From the NCBI GenBank assembly GCA_000708835.1, contig DF237082.1:62001-126000 (forward strand): DNA of 64,000 nt, read 5' to 3'. The notes below the pieces were generated by a model that saw nothing but the letters and a program-made list of their open reading frames with translations, was not told where the DNA came from and did no database searches. This document shows, in pieces, positions 1-11,399 of the stretch. Source of the stretch: Klebsormidium nitens (lineage: Eukaryota > Plantae > Klebsormidiophyceae). The number at the start of each line of letters is the position of its first letter. The first letter of the stretch is position 1. Position numbers and translations under genes: made by a program.

Positions 1-364
1 CGGAAGACTGTGTTTCGCCTCATGTTGAAACCGACGCTCTATGCTATGCCTGACTGAAAGAATACACATCTTAGCGGCAATCAAACATTGGACAGATCAA
101 GTGTGCTGCCTGCTACTGCTACTACTGCCTTCGCGTAGACTGGCTCTACTTGGTTGAGCACGTGGTATCGAAATGATCTTTAAACTGTAGAATGATTGCT
201 GAAGTCGCGAATCAAATCCACGCCAAGATGCTAGGAAGGGTCAAAGATACCATCTTTCCAATCACAACCATTCTAAAACCGCCCAAGTCGTCATTCCAAT
301 GTTTCATCTTCATCAGACTCCAACTGATATTCTAAGTTGGATTTGGAGAGTTGCAGCAGCTTAC

Positions 365-2241
365 GTTTGAGGCAATGTAAGTGCACTCATACACGTCCGG
401 GTCGCCATCCAGAGCCCTCAGGCTTGATTCAGCAAACCGAGCAGCAGCATACGCCTGCAGAGAGGTTTGCCAACAATGATGCATCAATGCATGAGGAATG
501 GAACAGGTGTGCAATTCAACGAAAGCTTCTAAGCTATGCTGAGAGCCGTATATGCCTATCCGCCAGCCAAAACTTCTAATCAGAAGCGGAGTTTATGTTG
601 ATAAACATTCAGATTGATGCCACTGAGGGTCCCAGATTACCTCGTCTTGCAGATCAAGAGCCTCTCCTTTTGAGAAAGAGAGCCCTGCTCGTTCAGAAGG
701 CAGGAGATCAGGGTCAGCAGTGTGGCCAATGCAATCTGGGTTTTGCCCACTCACCATTGAAAGGGTGGCTGATCCTGCTCCGGCCTTGGCCTGCACATGT
801 GGAGATTGGACATGTCAAGACAACCTCGCTCTACCACCCTTCTCGAGAGTTAGCAAATGTGCTCCCGAACTGATCCTGTCAACACCAACGACAATCTTGT
901 TCTACCACCATTTTGAACAACAATTGGGTGCACTCCCAAGGTAATCCTTAAACATCAGCACCACCGGCAATTTAACCTGCAATCAGCACAAACAACACCA
1001 TGCGCAGCAAGTAACACTTTGTTGGAAAAACTAGGTTTGCCGGCACTCAGAAAAATTGCATGATCCTTGAATAAAAGCAAGTGCAGATTCCCTCTTCACT
1101 GCTTCCTTTATAATTGCCATCGATTCCTACTTCGAGCCTCGCACACTCCCTGTTATCGAGTGCGAACCTACATTCGATTCCACTTGTGGTGACAAGGAAA
1201 ACCAGCAGAACTGGAACCTATAGTGTATGCATTCATGGTGGCAAAACACATTAGAAGACAGAACAATGAAGGTCACTGCAAGCTCACCTCGACCACCTCA
1301 GTTCCAGCATTCTGGATCCTCGTTGTCAGCTTGTCAATAATCTCCTCTGACTCGAAGAACGTCTTTGGCTTCACTTTTGACAACAGCGGCAAGATCGTAA
1401 TCCCAGCATGACCACCGATCACAGGGACATCGACATCGATCAACCTCTGCTTTTGCTGCTGCGCCACAAAAGTGTTTGCCCTAACCACATCCAGAGTGGT
1501 CACGCCAAAGAGCCTTGCAGGGTCAAAAACCCCCCGCTTCTTCAGGACCTCGGCAGCGATGGGAACAGTGGAGTTGACGGGGTTGCTGATGATGTGGATG
1601 AGGGCCTTGGGCGCGTGCTGTGCGACTGCATCGACCAGATCTCTTACGATCCCCGCATTGATGTTGAAGAGGTCATCCCGAGACATGCCTGGTTTCCGGG
1701 GGATGCCTGCGGGAATGATGACGAGATCTACATCCTTCAAGGCAGCTGGAAGCTCGTCTTTCCCCGTGAAAGCCTCGACCTTGGCAGGGGTGTTGCAGTG
1801 GCTGAGGTCAGCGGCCACCCCCTTCACATTTGCAATATCGTATAGGTGCAGATCTGAGACGAGGGGGCTCATCTTGACGAGAAGGGACAGCGGCTGCCCG
1901 ATCCCGCCGGCGGCTCCGAGCACAGCGACCTTGTACGTGACAAGGGCGACCACCTGCCCCTTTCTGCTGGCCGCAGCAGCAGTCCTCCTTCCCAATCGCT
2001 GCTGCGAGATGGTCTGCTCAAAGAACGAGGTCGACGCTTCATTGCACATCTTGGAAGTTGGCGCCCCGGCGCGCATGCCCTCGAAGGACCGCAGGGAGGC
2101 GGCTGCTGCGGGTGCATGCATGCTGCCACGCGGCACTGCACATGTTCTCGGCGACGAGGACACCCCGCCCGCCTGCCTCACATTTGTTGCAGCGAAAGCT
2201 GCGTGGCCCAAGGCGTTCTGAAGGTAGGCGGTGGAAGCCAT
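365..2241 (-). CDS. MDH: Plastid NAD-dependent malate dehydrogenase, 3'-partial. Exons 2241-1288, 790-755, 454-365; the remaining exon(s) lie beyond the window start.
   Basis: Ala/Ser/Arg-rich transit-peptide-like N-terminus, then [16 protein letters not shown] (Rossmann fold), [58 protein letters not shown]|[14 protein letters not shown] junctions are all phase 0. I found no VTELPFFAS-type exon inside 1-364. Confidence 0.95.
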
Positions 2242-3504
2242 GGCGTCTCTCTGGATTGAGCAGAAGATAGATCTACAGGCTCAGGAGTCAGCAGCAACTG
2301 AGCGAAGCAAGAATGTGCCATAATTGCCGCGCAATAGATCAGCCAGGGCGGCAACAACTAGAAGGAGCGGGCATTGTAGCTGAGCTTGAATCTTCCTTAA
2401 AAGAGGGCGTCTACGTGACATCAGCACCGGTGAATCCAAGCAGAGCAATTTGCTCGGAGAAAACACCGCTGATACCAATTTCTGGCGACGGAGTAGCAGA
2501 AGCTCATGCTTCCATGTCGCTTTAATGACGTCAGGGGGGACCGGTCCCTCGACGCCCTCTTTAATTGAACTTGAAGTTGAAGATTCGGAATCTGGAAATA
2601 TCTTACTGGCTCCGCGCGAGCCTGTGCGCGCTTCAGACCGGACTGTACATGCCATGAAACGCAATCTCAGCCGTCAACGTAGTTGTTGACGGATGCGATC
2701 GACGGACGTACTGCTTCAAGAACGCGCTTACACACCGCTCGCGATCAGGGTTTCCCTTTCTGTTTGTGTTGCACGGGCCAAATTAAGTTGCATCGTCACC
2801 TTTGATTACTACATGGTCCTTTGTGGCCTGCAAGCTTTTGCCATTGGCAACACTTTAACCACGCAGGGACCATATATTGAGGGTTGGTGTACAATCGGCC
2901 TAAAGAGAGTTGATGTTTTATCGGTTTTATCATGATGGTGCATGTCAAGGCCGGACATTGCATGCACCGTCGTTTATGACCGGACTCATCAATGATCTCA
3001 ATGGCACATGGGCGTGCATGGTGCCAGTGATCAAATTTAGGGCTTATCTCGGGCCCCTTAAAACCTTGCACCCAAGATCGATATATGCTGTTTTCGACGA
3101 AGCGTTCGATAGTTCCCATAAAGGTGGCCGGCATCGCATATCGTCGATTTTCTTGAATTTCGCACCTGATGGATTGCAGACTGGCCGTGCAACATCACTT
3201 CAGGTGCCCGATCATGCCAGATGAGTATCAGTTGATCTGTGGATCATTGCATGCCACACATTTCTAATCAAACTAATACTCAATTTGTCTCGGCATTATC
3301 AGCAACATCATTGCCGTTGGATCCAGGTCCTGGTTCTCATAAGTCACCTTAAATCTATGATTGCATGGTGGCAATATCGAACGAGGAAACAACGTACTAC
3401 AAGCTCAATGTTTAAGCGGTTCTATATACCTGAGTTCCTGCCACCGTGATTATCTAGCTCCGATCAATAACGGAGTGGGCCTCAACCTCAACACACGCAT
3501 AACC

Positions 3505-6500
3505 TTAAGCCCGAGGCCTGTTCAACTTCGCCAACTCAACTTCGAGTTGCGCTTTTCTTTGAGCATCCTCCTCATCTAGAGCCTTTGCATGCCGGGACAA
3601 AGCGTCCATCAGCAGCGGCGGCGCATAGCGCGGCACGCCTCCATTTTCCTCACAATCCTCACAGAACGCTAGAAGCACTGTGTCCACCGCCATCTCAACG
3701 ACACCAAAGAATATGGACGCGATAATGAAAGCCACGCCCCACACAAACTGCATGCAGATGAGGAGAGAGTTAAAGTCTAGAGCGGAGGAGAACCAAGTGA
3801 CTACTGCGACAGCACTTCATGGCAAGTGAACAGAACTCTACACAAGTCGTGGTCACAATTGATGACCCATCCACCGACTGCTTACGAGAAGCCAATCGGA
3901 AAACAGGTGCGAAGAACGAGTGTCCCTCAAAATCGCCGACGTCAACGTAGAACACACGAACGACGCGGGCTTCTGGTGATCTCTAGAATCTTTTGGTTCC
4001 AGATAGATCCTTCCCTTGAATCGCCACACAGACCGGTTGAGCCCCTTGACGGCGATCAACTTCAGTCCCGCAAGCGGTTGACCTCCGAAGCACTCTTGCG
4101 TTACTGACAGTGCACAGACAGCAGGATGGCCACAGCCTCCCAAACAGACTGCGCTTGTAGAACACTGCAAACCTAGTCTAGGAAGCGTCGAGATCCAGGA
4201 ATCAGTGCCCAGCTTCTAGTATCTATTCGCCTCCGCAGACCGGATCCCCCAGGGTGGAACATCTGCCCAAAACCCCACGCGCGGCCGTGCATAATCAAGC
4301 GAGCAAAGCAGTCGCGAAAGCTCACAAGGACGGGCGCGAGCGGGCTGGAGATCTTGTCCTGCCCCGTCTTGTAGCGCTCCCCGTCGAGCATGAGGAAAGC
4401 GAAGACGGCGCACGCGAGGCTGACGGCCATCTTGCCCAGGAAGAGCACGAAGTCGCCGATGACGTTCACGGCTGCGACGCGCAGCACGTTGCCGAAGAGC
4501 AGCTTGGCCGCGGTCTGGGCGGACGAGCAGAAGCCCTTGCCCTTGATGGCGATCTGCGGGGAAGGTGGGAACTGAGTGAATACCGAAGTCTTACAGAGAT
4601 GTATCAAGACGTAAGAGCAGTCGAGCGGGCAAAGCCGACCAAGAATTGGATGTGAGTGGGAAAAAGCTAGGCACGACAAGCGGCTGCTTTGGCGGAAGAA
4701 AGGACGAGCAGTCAAGACAGCAGACGTGGTCAGACTCTGCTTGCGCAGTAAAATACACAGGAGGCGCCTCCTCTTCCCATCAATCGCAGAAATATTACAC
4801 CAAGCGGATTCTATAAAGATCACAAAACTAAGATCCGCAGCCCCGCGTGAAGGAGGTGTCAACGTGTTCCCTTGTCTCACCATAACATGCGCGTTCCCTT
4901 TTCCGCCGCGCTATCGTCAATCGACGCATAATGACCGGGTCTTCCTCATCAGACTTCTCAAAGAACCCATCAGTGCTTGCAGACAAAAAAGACCTAAGAT
5001 ATCAGCCATACCAGAAAACAAATCGCTTTGCCTCACCATGATATACGCGTTCCTGTTGATGAAGTTGACGATCCACTCGAGGCAGCCCAGCCAGCACTGC
5101 ACGCAGCAGCAGAGCCACTTGGTCCAGCTGCCCTGGCCCGCCTCCTTGAGCTTGCGCTGCAAATACGCCGCGATGAACCGCACCAGCTCCACCGTCGCAA
5201 CTAGGAGCGAGCCGAAAGCCACGCTGCCCAGGTGGTACCGGAAGGTCCGGTACACGGAGCCGAAGAGGGGCACCAGCGGAACCGACTGGAGCGGAACGAG
5301 GGGACATGTGAGTCAGGTTTTGGAGTTGTTACCAGGATCGAGCGCAAAACCCCGCTGCCCCAACAGTACCGAAACGTGCGGTGCATGGAGCTAAAGGGGG
5401 GCACCAGCGGAACCGACTGGAACGGAAGAAGGCAGAAAAGGGTTTAGGGTTGAGTAGAGAGCAACTAGGACCGAGTCAAATTCCACACTGCCCTGGTCAT
5501 ACCGCTACATGCGGTACATGAAGTCGAAGAGAGCAAGCGGATACGACTGGGGTGGAAGAGGACAATGCGTTCGACATCTTCATCTGCACTTCAGTGCCAC
5601 GCTGCCCAGGTCAGAACGTGCGTGACACCAGGCGAAGAGGAGGCACCAGCAGGACCGACCGAAACGAATTCGTACACAGGAGAATAGTGTTCTTCAGTTG
5701 CAAGATTTCCACTCAGTCGGCACGCGAGCCTCACGCGAGTTGGCTTCTCTTCAACCTGGCATTGAGCATTCTCTTCGGGGGTCGGAAAATTGCGATGATT
5801 GCGAAATATCTCTCCGGAGCCGTTTAGCTTTTGCCTCTGGAGAAGTAGGGATATTTCGGAGCTTCTTCCGTGCAACCCAATGACTCTGCGGACGCAGGGA
5901 CCGGTCGAAAGCTTCATTCGGTCGGACATCGACAGACTCCATGGAAGCAGGGAACGAAGCGCACGCACCGAGATGTCCCCCCGCGACCAGTAGTAGGACG
6001 AGACCCCCCCCGCGATGATGCACAGCGAGACGCCCACGACGAAGTGCGACGTCCAGAGCAGCCCGAACAGGTGGTACAGCAGGACCCACTTCATGCTGGT
6101 GTTGTACTGGATGTCGTACCCGCAGCAGTTCTCCACGCCGCACTGGAAGGTGGAGTTGAACACGGAGTACTGGCAGCACCCGGCGATGTCGCAGCCCTGG
6201 GTCGGCTCTATGGTCCCCGCGCTGAAGAGGTAGCTGGTGCGGGGGGGGGGGTCAAGGACAAGTGCGAGCAAACAGGCCGACCAAGGGCCGAAAATCGCGA
6301 TTTAGAAAGGAGATGAAAACCCAAGAAACTCGCAGCCCTGCGTCACCTCCACGGTGCCCGCGCTAAAGAGGTAGCTGGGGCGGGGGTCAAGGAAAGTGCG
6401 GGTAAAGAGGGCGACGAAGGGCCAAACTCTTCACCATCAAGAAAGATGATAACAAGCCAAGGGCATGGTAAGCTCGACTAAAGAGTGAACACCTTAAACG

Positions 6501-9500
6501 GAGTTTTGCCTGCTCCGTGCCCGTACCCACCCTAAACACCACAATTAACCCTATCGATCACAGTGCGGTGGCCTTGTTACTCTCTCATTACTCTTTTCTT
6601 GAGATCGGTCCGAGGATCGGTCACCGACGGATGGTTCACTTCGTCTTATCTTCCATGCACGTCTGCAATGACATTTCTGAGTTGGATACCGCCCCTCGCA
6701 GTAAGGAACTACTTCGGCAAGCAGTGTATGTCGGAGGATATGAAGAAGCAATGCACAAGGAGATCGAAGTATCGAAACTCGAGCGATTGAGGATACATGG
6801 TGACTGCCACCCAGTAGACGCCGAGGGCCGCCACAGCGATGACCGGAAAGATCGGGAAGAAGACCAGCGAAGGGATATGGCCGATGGCCTTGCACGCAAC
6901 CTGCAAACCGCCATTTAGATACTCAGAAGCGTTCTGAACACTCAACAAGATACACCAGATAAGAAACGGGAGAAGAGAACTCTGCGACGTGCCAGATCTG
7001 GAGGCAGCACGCCGCCAAAGTATGCGTGGCACGGGTTGGCTCAGAAATGCTACGCACATTATTTCAGGACGAAACTAGATTCCAGGCCCATAGACTCGCG
7101 CTCTGGGTGAAGGGAGCAACAAACTACAGCTTGTGAGTGGCCAATGAGCGACTTAGAATTGTTGCTTACCTGCACTACGCCGATGGCGATGCGTATCCGC
7201 TTGATCATGATGATCGTGAAGATGATGAAGAGTACAGTGAAGATCGTGAGGGCGATGGCGACGTACTTCAGGTCAGTGGCCTCCTGCGGACGGAAAAGCA
7301 TGTCCAGAATGAGCCCGTCGGACAATTCAGAAATGTTTCTTTGCAAGCCGTTCTCAGGGGGTTCGACTGCGTCGAGCTTACAGAAGCTGAAGAAACTTCT
7401 GGGGGATTGACTGCGGTTCGGCATGGCGACGAGGCCACCTCCTCGGAGCGGTAAAAAGGCGAGGCAGTCTTCCCGTATCCTGCACGAGACAGATCTCAGA
7501 CATCGCCGTTCAAAGCATCAACTGCCGACAACCATACAAACAACCATGCAAAGATGCACCGAAGCAAGAACCTATGAACCTCAAGCCTTAGTTAAACCCC
7601 ACCTCACTTGTCTGAGCTGACGTAAGGACGACAACGCAGACCAGACACACACCCCTTAGGTTTGCAAAAGGAAACAGAAACGTTCCTGAGATGATAGCTG
7701 AGAACATGGATGAGGTTTCCGTGGAGTGCTTCGCGACACGCAAAAGAGGCACGTACCTGGCCGGTAGTGCCAGTCAGATCCAGCTGCCGTGCGGCTGACT
7801 CGCCGATGAGAGCGTTAACGGCGTCGGAGCCTATCACGCCAGCTGCAGAAAGGAAAGGTGCTAGTCAGCGGCGCTCAGGGTGTAAAGAATGACGACGAAC
7901 AGCAGCTGAGTCGTTTCCAATCATGAAAAACCGTCTCATGTTCCCCTGCCTTCGACCCTCAGGTTTGGTTTTTGCACGCTTTCTCCCGGATGATGGAGCA
8001 TTGGAGGAGACTACCGGACTTTCAGCGTGGGTCGAGAACAGAGCTGCAACCAGCAACAATTTCCCAAGGCGGTGAAGAAAGACGTCATATCCTCCACTTA
8101 GTCAATCATTCTGACGGTTCAAAGCAGCCGCCTACCTTTGGCGTAGGTGTAAAGGACGACGGCGATGAGTAGCAGGTTCACGCCAATGATGAAGAGCCAC
8201 GTCATGAGGCCCGCCAGAAAGCGCATCAGGATGAGGAACACGAAGCCGAGGATAAAGGGCGCGACGCCGGCGCAGACCACCAGTACCAGCCAGGCGCGGC
8301 CGAGATCCGCCACGTAACGCTGTGGAAAGGACAGAGCTCCATTTTGGAACTGACATCTTGTTACGTGGAAGGGAGGCAACTAAAGGCCCATCGGTGATCG
8401 TTTTAAAATCAGCCTTGTTCTTTTTACGATGATACGAAGAACCACGTAGCGACGCTTGAAAAGGCGCTATGCCCGGCTTCATGACGATAACTGTAATCTG
8501 GCAATGATAGGAGATGGTCATACGGCGCTTCAATTGATAATCAATCTGAGCTCTCCACCAAAGCGCAGTGAAGAGTCTCTAATGAATACCTTTCCTAATG
8601 GGCCGGAAACTTTTACAAAAAGTTGTAGCTTGCTTCATCCAGCTGGTCGCTTAGGATGATGACAAAATCGACAAACGGCTCATCCGTGCAATACGCGCCA
8701 GCTTCAGTTCAAATCCTTCTTGATGTGAACCCCTTAAATCAAAGTTTCCGTCTCACATTCAGGATTGCTGCAGGCTGGTTCAGGAGCGCCTTGACTGCAT
8801 CAGCGTAGTACTGCGAGTTGGACGACGCAACTTGGATCCCATTTACTGGTGCTGCTCTCCATGTGGCATATGCCTCGGTGTTGAGGCCGCTCTGCTGCGG
8901 TTGACAGCTCCAGAAGACTGCGAGGGAGGGTAGAGAGGCTAATCAAGGCTGCTGAAGAAGGACCGAGCTTATCTAAGTCACAATTGACGAATCAAATATC
9001 AATCCTTCACTACAGAAGAGCGACGTAAACGGTTTTATGCAACAAACTCGTGATGACGAATCGATCGCTGAACCTTCGCAACTGAAGATCGACTAGAAAC
9101 AGGTATCAGGTCAAGGGCAGCAACCTGATGATTCGTTTCCTTTGCATCACTACCAGGTTTCACCCGTAGTGTACGGCCTTACACCCAGCTTGCAGTTTCA
9201 GTGATCAGCAAGACCAACTCCTTTAATCTGCTGCCAAAGAGGTGTCGGCAACTCGTCCCCGGCCCGCCTTTACGTCAGACTCGTTTCGACTGCGCTAGTC
9301 CCCTCAAAAGAAAAGTACGATGCTTCAACATGACAACACATCCCACTTACAGTTGTCTGAGGGGAGCAACACAGGATAGCACGGTCCTTGCAGGTTGGCT
9401 GAGAAGTTCTTCTGCTGCGGCGTAAGCAGGTCGTAGTAGTCGTAGTTGCGTGCGGCCCAAGTCTCCATGTCCTGAACCGGGGGCTTAGGCCCCTCGGGGT

Positions 9501-10630
9501 AGTCGCAAACCCAGGACAGGGAGGTGTTGGACACTTCGGGACAACCTTTTAAGCAGATGCTGCAAGAAAAGGAAACAGTTTCTTGTCAGTTGAAGTCTCA
9601 ATAAGTCGAGCCATAAAAGAAGATTCAGGCAAGTTGGCTCTATGTAGGGTGTCTGGCTTGGTGGGGATCAGCCACAGCCCTTGGTCAAGCCCTTGGCAAG
9701 CATTCTGGCTTCATGACAGACATATGAAACAAGGAAATTGGTCAATTTAGATTGAATGGTGGAAAACTTCGTTTCCTTTTATTGTGGAGGAAAGTACATT
9801 CAAATTGGTATGGACAAAGTCAAAATCTTTGAATAAGGGCCCAAAGTGGTGCCTGCTCACCTTCTAGCATCTGACAGACTGAACGGGTCAAGGGGGTTGC
9901 CGCTGTCGTAGATCTGCTGCGGGTTCATCCAGTACCGGGTGTCAAACCCAACCAAGTTCGGCTGTGCGTCGCTTGCTCCACACAGGTTGCCCCTGTAATC
10001 TAGCCCGTAAACCAACCTGCATCGAAAAGCGGAGTTGCACTTTCAAGGGAGCGCTCCTGAAGGTGCATGATTCAAGATGTGGTCACCTTCAGCTTTCTAT
10101 GATGGAAAAACAGTGACGTCAGTCAACAATGTTTCGACCTGCTTTCTGTGATGAAAGGAAGTGACATCAGCCAACAATTTCAAGCACATTGGAAGGATTG
10201 TTGCTCCAGCTAGCTCTTGTGTTACAATTGAGATGTTGCTGAGCTGACATGGGGCTGATTTGGCGCCACGGAGAGGTTGAATAAAAGTACCAATTCTGCT
10301 GTGGGCACCAAATGCGCGTTTGAGGGTTTGCAGGCTTCTTCTCAGGATAGTGAGAATGAAGGGGGCTCACCTTCTGGGGTCCCCCTTGGCGAATGCACTC
10401 CCTGCCACGATAAGCATACCAATCCAGAACAACACAAAGAGAATCAGGAACAAGACGTCCCGGCACTTTCTGTCCTCAACCACTCTGGAGACAACATAAC
10501 CCCTGTCATTTGATGGCCGTCTGCTCTGAGGGGGCGCTGGAGCGGACGGCACCAGATTTGGAGGCAAAATTGGCGGAGTACCCGTGCCAACAATTGCGCC
10601 TGTCGGCCCTGTGTAGCTCTTCTTCCCCAT
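3505..10630 (-). CDS. Choline transporter-like (CTL/SLC44 family) multi-pass membrane protein, about 755 aa. Exons 10630-10371, 10016-9861, 9559-9351, 8917-8757, 8319-8136, 7842-7757, (7616-7608), 7283-7170, 6900-6797, 6233-5969, 5285-5037, 4553-4326, 3747-3505.
   Basis: RKCRDVLFLILFVLFWIGM...GDPRRLVYGLDYRGNLCG, Cys-rich ectodomain, YHLGSVAFGSL, FINRNAYIMIAIKGKGFCSSA, N-(V/G)-IGDFVLFLGK, DTVLLAFCED. Exon phases close in frame to the stop at 3505-3507. Confidence 0.93.
5222..5675 (-). repeat. Four tandem diverged copies (period 131/130/112 nt) of an acceptor plus exon start: the true CTL exon and three intronic echoes
   Basis: Exon-like starts at 5285 (true), 5416, 5546 and 5658, each aligning to TCGGTTCCGCTGGTGCCCCTCTTCGG...CTGGGCAGCGTG. 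Confidence 0.9.
6234..6796 (-). other. Probable U12-type (minor spliceosome) GT-AG intron in the CTL gene
   Basis: 5' splice site GTATCCTC (U12 consensus RTATCCTTT) at 6796-6789. Branch motif TCCTTGAC at 6258-6251, 17 nt from the end of the 3' CAG. Joining gives in-frame VT-I-YLFSAG. Confidence 0.75.
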
Positions 10631-11399
10631 GGCTAAACCTCTATCTAGACAAGAGGGGCTTGATTTTGATAAGCTGATCTTTAGGCAACCCTCATCAACA
10701 ATCTCTTTACTAAACCCTTAAGAGGTACTCAGTTGTAATTGTTGTTTGGACAACTCCCAATCGACTCTGCCAACCTTTTTCTTAGAAATTCGCCTCTTGC
10801 ATTGAGCACTTTTGGCTTATGGTCATGAAGTCTATCTGGGATCTCTTTTATCCTCCAAGTTGAAACTGAGTTGTGGGACTGCCCTTGGGAGGGGCCGCGG
10901 TTGCCAATCCCAGCAGTCTTTGAGGCGCCCCTGATCAGTTCTGATTCTGATAAACGTCAACTGATCGCCATGGGTTGCAGACTCCAGAGGCACTCCCTCT
11001 TGCCTCCTCAAAAAATTAGGGTTTGGTCCCTGCATTCCCCAGGGAGCTTATTCACACTCAGCCTTAAAGTTCTTGCAAGATGGTCTGGATAAGGGGGGAG
11101 AGATTTGTCAGCTGGGGGAACCGAGGGGGGGCCCGGACAGAGAAAGAACTTCCCCACTGGACTCTGAAATGCACAGGACGGAGCCCCCCAATCCAAATAC
11201 GATTGGGCTTGTGGACTGCAGGGTGGTCAGGCGGAACGCACAATCTCTGTGGTAGCTAGCAAGCTGCAACTTCGAGTTCAAGCAGCTGAGCTCGATCCTG
11301 ATTTGTTGCCTCAGCACAAAGAGAGCTGTGTCTTTTTCAACTTGGCGCCTTGGTAGTGCTTGCTGGACTCTCGCAATTGCGGGTCAGAAGATTGTCAAA

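Noticed and set aside
1408-2221. Long plus-strand ORFs (145 and 249 aa) over MDH, and similar antisense ORFs over apyrase (20040-20579), PRP43 (22450-22986), MYND B (33908-34492) and annexin (44717-45157)
   Set aside because: They are shadows of GC3-rich sense exons, which suppress stops on the opposite strand, and carry no recognisable motifs.
5222-5675. Regularly spaced repeats here and at 26193-26396 and 57870-58205 as CRISPR-like arrays
   Set aside because: The units are diverged copies of host exon or intron sequence inside eukaryotic introns. There is no constant repeat with unique spacers and no cas genes.
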